Source: Balanoglossus misakiensis
Taxonomy: Eukaryota > Animalia > Hemichordata
NCBI GenBank assembly: GCA_040954595.2
Contig: CM082595.2
Location: forward strand, 6,350,137-6,414,136
Length of the DNA stretch: 64,000 nucleotides
Reading direction: 5' to 3'
Shown here: positions 27,309 through 40,000 of the stretch, one piece after another
How the letters are laid out: each line of letters opens with the position of its first letter
How positions within the stretch are numbered: position 1 is the stretch's first letter
Program-made: the position numbers and the translations under genes
The notes under the pieces: generated by a model
Told to the model about the DNA's origin: nothing
What the model saw: only the letters and a program-made list of their open reading frames with translations
Database searches by the model: none

Positions 27309-30300
27309 CTGAAGGAAATGGAAAGAGAACGGGCAATAGTGTTATTAACTGGGCTTATAGAGGGCGCAACTTGCGTTTCCCAACAGATAGGCATCTGGAG
27401 ATTGTTCAGGCATTCGCTGTTTCGACTCATGGCCATGGGGGCGCACTATACATGCTGCCTGCCTGTCGAAAGCCCAGCTTTGAGTGCTATACTTTATTAA
27501 TAAGTTATGTTATGTTCTGAAATGTGGATTTAGAGTTGTTGGAACGAGCAAAATGTTAACCGTAAACGTAGTTGGTTTCGAATCTCCGACGAGCACGGAG
27601 TTGTTCGGTAGATGTGTATGCAGAGCAGTTCCGTACTGCCTGTGCGTCAGAACACACTCAGGATTAACGCTGGCTTAGGAGGCGTACTATGAAAACGAAA
27701 GGGATCTGAATTATGAGGGCCCTTGGCATTTTGATCTTGCCGTGGCTGGATAAATGCAAATGTGTATTAACTGCCAGCTTGTGTGTCATTCTGTCAGTTA
27801 ACTTGTCATTCGATAGAGCATTTCATATAACTCTATATTGCTTGTAAACCGCAAAGAAATAAATTCCAGCCATGACGGAACACATACAGAAAATTGTTTT
27901 GCACTAGTACTGTATTTCGAGTTCATTTAGTGTCATTGGTAAGGTAGAGTACGTTGTCCATGCAGTCTTGCATTAAGTGTGCTTCACACATTCTGCCGTT
28001 CCGGATGCCAAAATCACCATCTTCCGATACAGATAGTGTGGCCTCATCCCTGTCTCGAACTTGAAGTTATCTGTTAGTGAGTTTGGTACCATCTCCACTT
28101 TGGCCTCTTTAAATAACAGAATCACCACTCATGCCTGATTTTGCTACATTTTCATTATTTTCTTTCTGTCACGGTCATCATAATGTAAAAATATAATTAA
28201 AAATAAAATTCCTGGCCAGTATTGATGGAAGTACAAGAGGACAGGGCCCTTAAAAACTCAGCCAGAATCAATATCGACATTTGACATATTCTATCATGCA
28301 AATTACACCATGATATCACAGTAGGACTTCCTCCAACGAGAACAAAGGCACAAATATTTTATGCTCAAGAGGGCGCTTGCACTATTCAAGGCGATTTCGG
28401 CCAAATTTCAAACTTTCAGATAAGTTTGTTGATCTCATGCCGATACTTATTTACCTCACCAGGAAAACCTATAGTTTTGTTTTCCTTCTCAAAGTAGTGA
28501 TTAGCTTCTGCACTGTTTTATGTTTAAAAAAATAGTGGTTCTACATCTAGATTGCAAATCAAATTTGTAAGCGGCCCCTAGTCCGACACGAATGTTAAAG
28601 TGATTTACGAGATTTTTCGCAGTTACTACAACAGTGACGTGGAAGAAATAGCAGTCATGTTGTACAAGTTACGAAACGTACATGGAAATCTCTCTGGGAC
28701 TCGCATTCTGGACGACTCTTGTGCTTAAAATTGATGAACTTCAATATCGGAAATTTGTCCCTACGAGACATACCAGTATAAATCTTGCATATGTTAAACG
28801 TATGTTAAACGTATGGTCCCTGTTAATCCTTCTTAAATTAATATGTGACGTTATATTATATGTTACAACATGGTTTTATTTTAGTAAATTGTTTTCCATG
28901 GTGTGGTGTCGTGATTATATAAGGAAGACTGGATCTAAGGCTAAGTGATTTCTGTTATCAAGCTCCACATTATATAATTCGTTATGCCCAAAGTTTTGTG
29001 ACGCACTGTTAATCTGTCGGTGCTAAAGCTTTTCGATTAAGGTTATCCTCCGTATGGGGTACAGTGGCAGTGCACTATGGAGCGATAAATAAAGCGATGA
29101 TCTGGCAACTTAATCGGCAAAGCCATCTGCCCATGCGCATTATAAATGTTGGCAATGTCGTGACTAACGTTGTTGGACGTAAAGTACCCGCATGAAATTA
29201 TCTCTCGCCCCGAATATTAAAGATATGAGCATCATTCTTTCACTCCATAGATAAGTTCGTGTCACTTCAAGGCCCTGACGTATGTTATACACCTGCAGTC
29301 CTGCCCGGGTCTGCCTTGCCGACGTCCGGGAGGACGGTTCCACTAATATCCGCCCAATTTCCTATTGAACTTCCAGGCATTCGAGTTCCCAACAACCGCC
29401 GCCTTGAACAAGGCAACTATTCATCACTCTGATTGACAGCTTCATCGATAACCTGAACCATAAAATTTCATGTCGTGCCAGAATTTATCTACAAGGCCGA
29501 CAACCAAACCAGTAAATAAATTATTAGCAATGTCGAATATTGACAGAAAGTAATATCTATGATGTACAGGTAAGAGCGAAAGGGCAATTAGTGTAGAGAA
29601 TGGAAGGAATCTGATCGTTTGGAGTTTGAGTGGGTAAGATTACACCGCGATGACGAGCTATGTTTTTTTGCCACAGCATGCTTCCCGCCAATTTCACTTT
29701 CTTGGACGTCTTTGATTTCACCTTCAGCAACATTTCATATACTCTTAGTATACACTGCATATTTTATTTCTTGCAGTGATGGCAAGAACCAAAATTCGTT
29801 TCTGCAACACCTGAGGTTTACAGGAAAACAAGCAATGTGCAATAATATCATAGAATTCAGTGGATTCATACAATGTGTCCAGATATTACAATTGTTTTAT
29901 ATGAATATTTAAATAAAATAAAATGCATGTGTACAGAAATTGTATCATTCAAAGAAAAGCATTGAAATGACAAAGTGTCTTGAGCCTTTGTAACACAGTT
30001 TCATACTCATCCAATAGTCGCCTTAGAAAAAAGTATTCATTATCATGTGACACATTTAACTGATTAGTTACAACTGCGCGGATATAATGACTAAGCGTTA
30101 AAAAATTAAGTCTATTGGCTGCCCCTTTCATTAGTAAAACCCATAAGTAGAAAATGTCTTTTAAGAAATCTAAACATTATGTTAGTGCAGAAATGGGCTG
30201 TTTCCTATTCGTAAAAATCACTGGTGTCTATGTACTGTAATCTACAATAGTGCTTCGAACTTTTTGTTGTTTAAATCGTAAATCATTTAAATGGATGTCT

Positions 30301-33300
30301 CAAATTTCTCTGGTTTCCTGAGTACACTCATGCATTGCTCTGCCTCCTCATGCGCCGTGTCAATTGCTGTTTTTAGAGTGGACATTGTGGATAAAACAAA
30401 ATGACAACAATTTCGTGTTTGTGCCGATGCTCAGGTGTCTGTTCGCTGAACCAATTCAGATGTAATAAAGATTTATTCGCAGCGGATAAACGACAACATG
30501 TGCATTGTTCCCCAAGGGCACTGAAGAAGTTCTCTGTTCTCGCGGTTGTAATTGGATAAAAGGGGATGGTAATCGCCCGTCGATACAAATCCGATGGCTA
30601 TCACAATCTAGTGTTAAGATAATAGGCACTTAAACAGTTTCAGAGGTCACCGACCTCTGCGTTTGTAGAATGCTGCAGATCTGAATATCTTAAGATAGAG
30701 GTTGTATATTTTGTGTACCGTGTGTAAAACGTGACTTTGTGGGTCTGGCTTTTCACCTTCGTAGCAAAGTGCAGTTATCACATTTCATAGCCATGACCCT
30801 GCCTAGCATAATTTGCATTTGCTATCCCATTGGTGACGTGTCTGAATGACGTGTGGAGCCATCTCCAGTGCTTGTTGCTACCAGTGGTTAACGATTAATT
30901 ATTCATAGGCTGTCCCCCGGGACCTTAAGACTTAAGCGTTGAGGTGTGTCACACATGTTGAAGCTGGGATGGCGTTACGTAATGATACTAGGGAATTTGG
31001 GAAAAAATTGAACTGATTTGAATCAATCATTCTTTTATCAACTCACTTTTCAAAACAACAGCATGTGTGCAGCACCTGCATGGATGTTGTTCTAACCGAT
31101 GAAAAAATCCCGTCGACAATGCTATATATGCATCCGAAAAAATATGTTGAAAATAGCACAAGGGTACTGATATATTGCAGTACGCAAATTGATCACGGCA
31201 CATGTCAGACAAGGAAATCTAGCTCTCAGTTTCATGTACTTAGTGCCATCCAGACTTGGGCATCTTTACTTTAACTTAACATTCTAGAAGGGACTCAGGT
31301 AAACGAAGAGTTGACTAGAGATTCGGACAACGGCACTAAAATTTAGGAACTCGTAATAAATAATAGAAGCAATGACAAAGTCAGGCAGTAAAGTTTTTGG
31401 GAAATGTACTTGTTCTGTAAATCTTTATATACTGTGATTTGTTGAAAGATGCAATTATGTGACTGTTTTAGAGATGACTCGAATGATTCACAGTTTGCAA
31501 ACTGACAAGTCTTGTAATCGACTTGGAATCCCCAACTTTTCAGATGTTTCTACTTTTCAACGTGTATGGGTATATCTCAAAATGTGACTTGAAAGGTAAA
31601 AAGTTAAAAGGAACAGACAAGAATCAGGGGCAGTGATTTTCCCTTTTCCCTGAAAACCGCGCTGGTGACCAAGAATGGATCCATAAACTATGGCAATGAA
31701 GCTAATTCCATCTCCGACTGTTGAAAACCTAGACACAGCTCCATGTTAATTTTCCTTTAGTACTATTTTGTAGTTTAGAGCAGAAAGTATCAGGCAAACC
31801 CTTCCTTGGCGTATCACACAAAAAGACACAATGTCATCTTTTGGTTTGATAAAACGCAACATAGAATCCTGTCCCACCGTCAAAATATCTCAACCTTTAT
31901 GACTACTCAACACATTCACTCAATGTCCATAATGAGCAATACTAACACCAGGCAGATCGTTTCAACACTAAAGCAAAATGTTTTGTCTGTGGACGTCAGT
32001 CCAGTGACCGCAAATCCTGCCATGAACATTAAGATAGGATAGACGATAACTTGTTCGTAGTGAATGGTCGGAACGACCACTCAGGCTCAGATAGTTCATC
32101 ATATGACAAGACTCGCACACTAAAGGCGCGATAATAATGTGTTCATGCACAGACAGATTACCGGTAAACATTCAGCTGGCTTGTCAAAAAGATTAAAGTG
32201 GTCTAAATATCAACTAGACAATAAAGCCCTAGTTTGTCAACGCCTTATCGACCTGCTGACTGGCTACCTTTTGTTTGGACTGAATCTTCTATTGATCGAT
32301 AGAAAACATCTGTTTCGTTATTATTTTCTTAATCCTCGAATTTATGACGCCATAGTACTGGCAATGAAATCTGATGTAAAAGATGAATATGCGTAAGCCT
32401 AAAATTCCATTATATGACACGCAAATGGTTTTTATGGACATATGTCTGACTTACATTACATCTTATATCTGACTTATGTTGCTTCTTTTCCCTCTGTTAG
32501 TTGAATGAAAGATGGTGCCTAAGCAAGATGTATGTTGTTTTCTTTCATAAATTACTGCAAGTGCAGTCTTGCTTCCCCAAACAATTTCGATGTTTCTTTG
32601 CAAAGACGCTCCACAGTGAAAATGGACGTGGCGTTTAGCTCGTTAGTGGTTTATTTTTGAAGTAATATCTCACAAATACCATGACCATACCAATGTCAAC
32701 TGCAAATGTCAAGAAAACAACATGCAATGCAGATTGTTTGCGTATTGCACCAGAATGGGGCACAGCATTAGACACTGGTAATAAGTGAAAAAGGTTTCTT
32801 GTAGAAATGAAATAAATATATCCCAGTAAAACCTAGCGAAGTGAAAAATGTGGAACAACGTAAGATTACCAAGGTACATAATTGAATGTCAATTACAACA
32901 TCTGCACAGTGGAAAATGTCAAATTCATTTGACAAAAGTTGTTGACGGACGAAATGATGTGGCAATCATGTACCCCCTTTGAATCCTTTACTTCTCTGTT
33001 CTACGTTTTTCCAAAATGCATTGGAAACATCATTTTATCACGAGAATAGAGAGATTGACCGAATTCAGTCCTATATATATATCATCTGTGGCATTTTGGC
33101 CGTTCTCCAATTTACTTCTGTGTGACATTCATATCATTCAGTGATAGAAGGGCGATACACACTGATTGACTGATCTAAAATCTTGTCTACAAAATCGTGT
33201 AGAAACAGTAACACAAACTCCGCAATGTCCCATGGCAATTCAAAACTCAATTTAACAGATGACTTATGTGGTATGACTTGTCGAAAACTGCGTCAACTGT

Positions 33301-36300
33301 TGTATAAATGACATATATTTGAGCTCTTTTTGGTTGTATAATAAAGTTTTTCACAAGTTAAAACTGTACTACCTGCAAATATGACAGTTACTAAAGGTTA
33401 TATGGACTAAAATACATGTTATGCCCCAACAGAAACGTATGAAAGTCAACGTATATATTTTGTACATCTGAACGAAAGTTATTGAGTCTGTGTACATCCA
33501 AATCTCGTTCTGTTGTCTAACATCAATGCAAATGCAACGTAAAGTACCGCAGTACTTCCTGAATCATTGTAGGCGGTGGTAATGGCGTATTAACGACTTT
33601 AAGTAACTTTAAATAAATCTCCATTGCTCGTAATGATGAACTAAGCAATGAGTCTGCTCTTGTTTTATTAGAATTCCGTTCTGAAATACTCAAGGTTTTT
33701 AAAGCAAATTGATGTGTTCATCTACTTTGACATAATAAGTGTCGTTTAAACTAGTTGGAATGTGAACCACGCATTGTAAATAAATTGTTCCGTTAAGTAC
33801 TATATTTACACTGAATGTAACATATGATGTCAGTGAACTTTACACATGGATGTGTCTATGACAATATGTTTAATTATGAAACAGTTTGTCATGGCCTGCA
33901 TTAATGTTAATAAAACAACTTAACAAGTCAACTTTATGAGTTAAGAAATGGACAGGGAGAATGTTCTGATGCGTCACACGAAGGGAAAAAGGGGTTTAAG
34001 AACACTGTACCATTGAGACTTCGTGTCGGAATCACTATCGTTAGTTTTAATGTGACATTTGGGCGAGCGAATATTTCACGTGTTCATGCAGATTTGGGAA
34101 TTGATAATGTCTATTTCGAGGCTATCAGTGCATACACAGTGGACTCATCTTGGAGGGGGGGGGGGCAAAATGAAAAGATATGAAAGTGATCTTACTCAAC
34201 TGCTGGGATGTTTTTGTCAAATTGCTTGACGTACGATGGCGATGGTAAAATGAGATTAAGAGGCGGATTAGCTCGACATCGGTGTAGGGTAAGCCAGGCG
34301 TACTGTATCATGGTTTTCAAATAAACACAATCTCTGGGCTTCATGTATTCATGTAGCTTAGACTTTACCAAAAAGTTGTTTCCTGAGGAAATGTTAAAAT
34401 TAATAAAGACACTATCTCGAACCTATATTCTTCTCCTGAATATCTTGATAATTATTCAAATTCCTGAATATGTAGTACCGAAGAATAGGACATCACCATT
34501 GCAATTTTGGCAACTGTTTTTTTCGAAAGTGTTTTCCTACTTCTGTTTTCTCATAAAGGGGAATACATACTGTGACAGAAAACATTTTGACAGGTAATTC
34601 ATACTATGATAAGAATTTTCGAAATACTTTATGCAATTCAAATGCATTTTCATATCGTTGAGTACCATTAAGATTGCAATCATTTTTTTCTAGATGGGAT
34701 CAGGTTATGCTTCAGGATAGAACTGTTTGTCTTTTCTATGGAGCAAAAGTATGTTTGTACTCATAGATACAAGCTTGAATTTAACAGTCATGTCGATATT
34801 TCAAGATGTCCTTAATTTGTTGCTTACGGTTGTGGCATTGATCAAAATGACAAATACTCCTTGATGTCATTCAACAAAACGTATTGTTCCGTCGAGAAAA
34901 GCACGCTTTTACTTTTAGAATCAAAACTCTATTCCCGATGGTATGTTAAAGGTTCAGGTTCGAATCCAGAGTGGTCCATGTAAGAAAAGTGAATCAATAC
35001 ATTTCTAGCTTTTAAACTCAGTTTTCCCATTTCAGCGATTCATAGAAACATTTAATATTTATCACACAGAGCGACCTTGTTTCCCATGATTTTAAAAGAA
35101 CGGAATATAAGAACAATTTTCTTTGGTCGCATGATTTTAGAATCATATCCTGATAGACATTCAGTGCTATTGTATTCATGTGGGAGATCGTCAAATGACC
35201 GATGGAAAATGTCAAAACAATTTGCACAAAACAATACTCATCTGCACAAGGGAATATCCCGTTTAAAATTGTCAGTGAAATCGCACCAATATATGTTCAT
35301 TTTCTCAATCGATTTCAGTGCCTATGTTAAACTTATCACTTTTGTAGCATTAATCAATATCAGCAGCAAGCCAATAGTACGATACTCAAATACGTTGCAA
35401 ACTGATAAATTTTCTGTCTATTTTTCGCCATGCTTACATTATGCCGTTATGATTTACAACATGATTTGATTACTGAATGGGTCCTAAATTTGATTGTGTC
35501 CAATTGTGTTTAGTCAATACACATTATTTGCTGTCAAAGTATTGATTATATCATAATACCATGATTAGATGCGTTTTGTTGATATTCTATGACCCCCACA
35601 TGTTCAATCAAACAGAAACTAAGTTAATGAATGCCAATTATATAATGGTAACTGGCATGAAAACTTGCTGCTTTTCTTATAATAAAATCACCAGTTACAA
35701 GAACATTACCTTTTTACTTCGTGAACTTGGATGCCATTGAAAGATACACTGAAGGTATGAATACCTTCCCCTCCCAACAACCACCCCGCATAAGAGAAAC
35801 TAACATCCGAAGTGTCATTTATGATATACGCCATAAAATTAGTCTGTTATGCATTGAATGAAGAACTTGAATAGTGACAATTTCCGTGCAATTTACACCT
35901 TATAATTAGGTTATTCGACTCTGCAATGAAAACATACTACGGATCATGGGTTGCTGAGGTATATTACAAATTAATGGGGATTTCCATTGTTAAAATGCGT
36001 GATCTCTTAATCGGCCAATTAAACATCAATGCGTACCATAAAAATTAAAATATTAAAATTACATCAAAATCCGTTCAGCCATTTCTTTGTTAGGCCTACA
36101 GTCGACGTTCTCCTAAACCCCTGAATTTTAAAAACAAAATTGTAAGACTGTGTGTAGCTTTATTAGGCAACTACTGTGAGATTGTGTAAATTCGTTTTAG
36201 TTTAAACAATATGCTCCATCAGAGCTGCATGTATCGTATTGTGATCGGAGAAACAACCAAAAAAGTTTTTGAAGGCAAATGTGGCTGTGTTAGGTGATTT

Positions 36301-36768
36301 GCCTTGTTGTTGAACGATTTGATGAACTTCATTATTTAGAATACTGCTCTGTCTAACACCTCAAATTCTGTCCTGTCAGCGGTTATATACCTATACTATG
36401 GGGATCATACATCTCACTGCAATATCCCATACCAATTTATCACATTTTCTAGAATTTCAGTTATTATTCCAAAAGTTGACGGCTAATATTGCGTAAAAAT
36501 ATCATGTCCTCAAAACTATTTCTTCATCGGATTAGACTACGTAAATGAAGTACATTGAACAATCTTCAGTAAGAAGGAAGAAGTACTATGGCCAATACAT
36601 ATTTGAAAAAACTGTAATTCACTTGTCGAGATCTTTGTATGGGTTGATTCGACTACAAACTCGTTAACTTTTCCAGTATAGTCATTTTGGTAACCATTGT
36701 ACGGCAAACACAAATGCAATCACATGTAGTCCTTGGAAGAGGCAAAAAAAAATCACAGAAAAACCAAC

Positions 36769-36915
36769 CTGTTCATCTGGATCTTCAATACTTGTGTCAT
36801 CTGTGAATTGCTGTGAAGGCTGTGCGAGTGAGTAACTTTCACAGCAGCCGATCACGACAAACACCGCCAGCAGAGCACCCAAGATCACAACACACGCTGA
36901 ATTCATCCTAACCAT
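36769..36915 (-). CDS. Gene A (somatostatin/urotensin-II-like neuropeptide precursor), coding exon 1: signal peptide plus acidic spacer MVRMNSACVVILGALLAVFVVIGCCESYSLAQPSQQFTDDTSIEDPDEQ
   Basis: ATG at 36915 lies ~107 nt downstream of TATAAA. Hydrophobic signal-peptide core. The exon ends CAG|GTTGGT (phase-0 donor at 36768) after 49 codons. Confidence 0.85.
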
Positions 36916-37021
36916 TTAGACTATTGACGACTGCTCTCACTTATAATAGTTTAGCCTGGCTCTCTTCTGACAGGTCCGCTTCACAACCACCTTCTCTGTC
37001 CCGGCAAAAAAGCAGGGGCTC

Positions 37022-37027
37022 TTTATA
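37022..37027 (-). promoter_or_regulatory. TATA box of gene A
   Basis: TATAAA (ggTTATAAAga on the minus strand) ~107 nt upstream of the ATG. Confidence 0.65.
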
Positions 37028-37044
37028 ACCAACGGGGTGTGATT

Positions 37045-37058
37045 GTTGCCACGGCAAC
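37045..37058. promoter_or_regulatory. RFX X-box in the gene A promoter
   Basis: GTTGCCACGGCAAC matches 13/14 positions of the palindromic X-box GTTGCCATGGCAAC and lies 17 nt upstream of the TATA box. Confidence 0.7.
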
Positions 37059-40000
37059 CATGGGTGATCTTCAATGCTATGATCCTAATCAATTATGGAT
37101 GAATATGCTCGGCCCATGCCATCAACTTCGGGACTCGTGGGAGGGCCGACTAGTGTTTCTGTCTTTCATGCGTACATCCTGCGACGCATCAAGGAAATGC
37201 GTTAATTGCCAAACAAAATCAAACACGTGTCTAAAAGTTAAGATGGGGGCGGAATAACCATTTTTTAGGAGGAGGCAAGTCTTGAAACGTCCAAAAAAAA
37301 TGCTGACGAATTTAACCACGCGAATTGAGAATTAACATCTCTTTTTGGTGAACAGTTCATTAATCGAACCACCTGTATTAGAATGGAGACAAATAACTTG
37401 TGCATACCTCATATTTTTAGAAGAAAACAAAAACTATTCCTCCAATCCTATTATACGAAACCTTCAGCAAAAAGAATGCTTTTTGCAAATTATGGCCGAT
37501 TCCTATGAGTTTTCCTGGACAGTTTAATGCTACGAGTACATTCCCTTTTTTCTGGACGCACGGACTGCTATATTTTCTACTGACTGCATGTCATTTTTGA
37601 ATTAAATTTTTTCAGCTTTTGTATACAGGTACAGATGAGATACATAGACTACCGTGATATATCAACCTGACAGACAAATTAGCTAAGATTGACGCGGGCA
37701 TTTGTAGCCCGGGCAAATATAAATTCTGGCTTATCAAAAATTGGATCTAAGTTTGAACGCATTAGTGATATATGTAGCATTATTCCGGTATACACTCAAA
37801 ACTGGCAGTTTGCAAGCATCCTATCTCTCGGTGAACCTAGATTGCCAATGAAACCTTGTCAGTTTTCGTGATAAATGTTTTTTCAGTGATGCAGATCTAC
37901 GACGTGGCCTTAATGCACGACGCTGGTTCATATGCCAGGACTTTTGTTGCTTGACAGTTTGCATGCATAATTAATCAATTACATAACGAGACAATGGTCA
38001 GCAATATCACACTCTTGTTTTGCGCACGTCGATGTTTGCAACTAAACTCCTGGGAACAGAAAACCATGTAGAGTAAATGCAACAACTTTATCCTGTGTAA
38101 CCATGTAGACGTATTAAGTCACTCTTAGTCACTCGTTTCCTGTAGTCCATATACATGTACACGTACCCATTGATAAACAGTGCACCAAGCAATATAACAT
38201 GTTCAGTAAATTGGCAGTGCTTGTCGACTTAGTCATAGACTACAAGAGTTTCCTTGCAATCGAGGGAAAAATGTAACATTACCTTACGGGACACTTGTAG
38301 CCTCGTTACTTTAAATTTATTGCGCAAAAACGATGCGCATTTGGCATGTCACTTTTTACATTGATATTTTGCGAAGCTTTACATGATATATTCGTTTCAT
38401 CTTTACATCTATGTCTTATCAATTGAGACTAGCTAATAACTTACTGGTGCAACATACGGATTAATTTGATTTGATAGGATAATCTCTTCAAGGATGACAG
38501 CGCATCCTGGCATTTCTTTATCTTCCTTGCCATAAACAACACGGTGGACTCGATTTGAAGAAAATTCAAAACTTCTTAAAGATTCCGGATTGGACTCTTC
38601 AAGTCATTGGCGAGCGGAATCGGTCCATGAAGGTGTAGTCGCTTTATTTAGTGTGTATGTCTCAGTTTGTCTATCAGTTTACCCGTTTTCCTTATTTCAC
38701 CCCGTTCTGAAGCTGAGGCAACACAGAGTTCAATAGTGAGAATCTTTAACCATAGGAGTTCAAACGGAACATGCATTTGTAAAGGCGCGTTTTCAACCTG
38801 GCCGTTCAAGGCAAAACGACACCTGCGGTCTGTCATACGTCCGAATGCCATATATCCTCTTCCTGTAATATCCATACCATGCATACGACAGGAACACGGG
38901 CACCCTCTGACAATAGAGCTGGAAATAATAGCAAAACAATACCTAAAAGAAGTATGATGAAAAGCGATTTGACAAAGATGAGCGGTGAATGGTTTTTTCC
39001 TAAATTGTCCTGGCTCTTAAATTCTAAATAGAAATAAAAATTTCGTTTCCGATCTTTGACTTATAATTTATTGTCCTTTCGCGACAAGCGTTATTCTGAA
39101 AATTCTTTAGTGTGTTGGGTGTCTTATTGAAAGCATCGTATGAGACCCGCTTGAAAATCTTCATTCAAAGACGGATATAGGAAGAGGACGGTTCACAATA
39201 GGGTGTGTACGGGTAGCAGATGTAAATACGAATTTTCAATCGGCCGAGAAAGATGAAACCGCAAATAATCAATCAATGTTGCGTACTTGCTTCGCGAACG
39301 ATTTGAGGATAGGATTACAACGCCTTAAACTGCAACCCGAATTGGCAGCATGCAACGCAGATAAAAAAAATTGTTCCTGCGACAGAGTGGGAACTTGTGC
39401 CCCTTCTGTTCTAAAAATCACTAAAAAACAAAACTAAAAATAAAACAAAGACAAAAGAAGTGAGTATTCGTAAATGGAACGTGACACTACTTATACGAAC
39501 AAAATATAGAAATGTCTGCCTTTTTGCGTTGTCATAGAAACGGACCACAAGGAACAGGTTTGTGTCCGTCACCATGTTTTCGTTTCGTTGATTCTAACAA
39601 ATCATAGTTCTGTACTGCTGCATTCTTAGAATCGTGAAAGCACACTCACTAATTCTTTTGGTTTGTGACTTTGTCACATGAAATCACATGACTCTCGTGA
39701 ATGTGAGCTCCTGCAAGCTTTTGTCTTAACTCAGTTCAGATTTCGTCTAACAGTGAAATGATAAAGAGCACATCTAAATGAGTGGGCGTAAGTAAACTTA
39801 AAAAATGTTAAATCGATCGCACCATAAATATCTACCTAATGCTTGGGAAAACACAAATGGCACCCATTTCTTTCATGCTTAAAGCAGACACTTTTTCAGT
39901 CCTCCAAATAACTTCAACCCCAAAAAGCTTTTGCTTTATCTTTAAGAGTGCCTAGATTATTCCACATCTTAAGTCTGATCTGTTTTGCTGTGTTCGCCCA

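Noticed and set aside
29417-29452. Phase-0 acceptor in gene A intron 1 reading VIDEAVNQSDE-stop
   Set aside because: Weaker acceptor with an early stop and no peptide. Exon 27206-27308 fits far better.
33000-33030. Other FWK codon runs (minus strand ~33010; plus strand ~20018, ~58753, ~60145)
   Set aside because: No splice context, dibasic site, Cys pair or amidation signal. Expected by chance.
34940-34980. B-box-like GGTTCGAATCC suggesting a tRNA
   Set aside because: No cloverleaf or matching A-box/acceptor stem. At most a SINE remnant.
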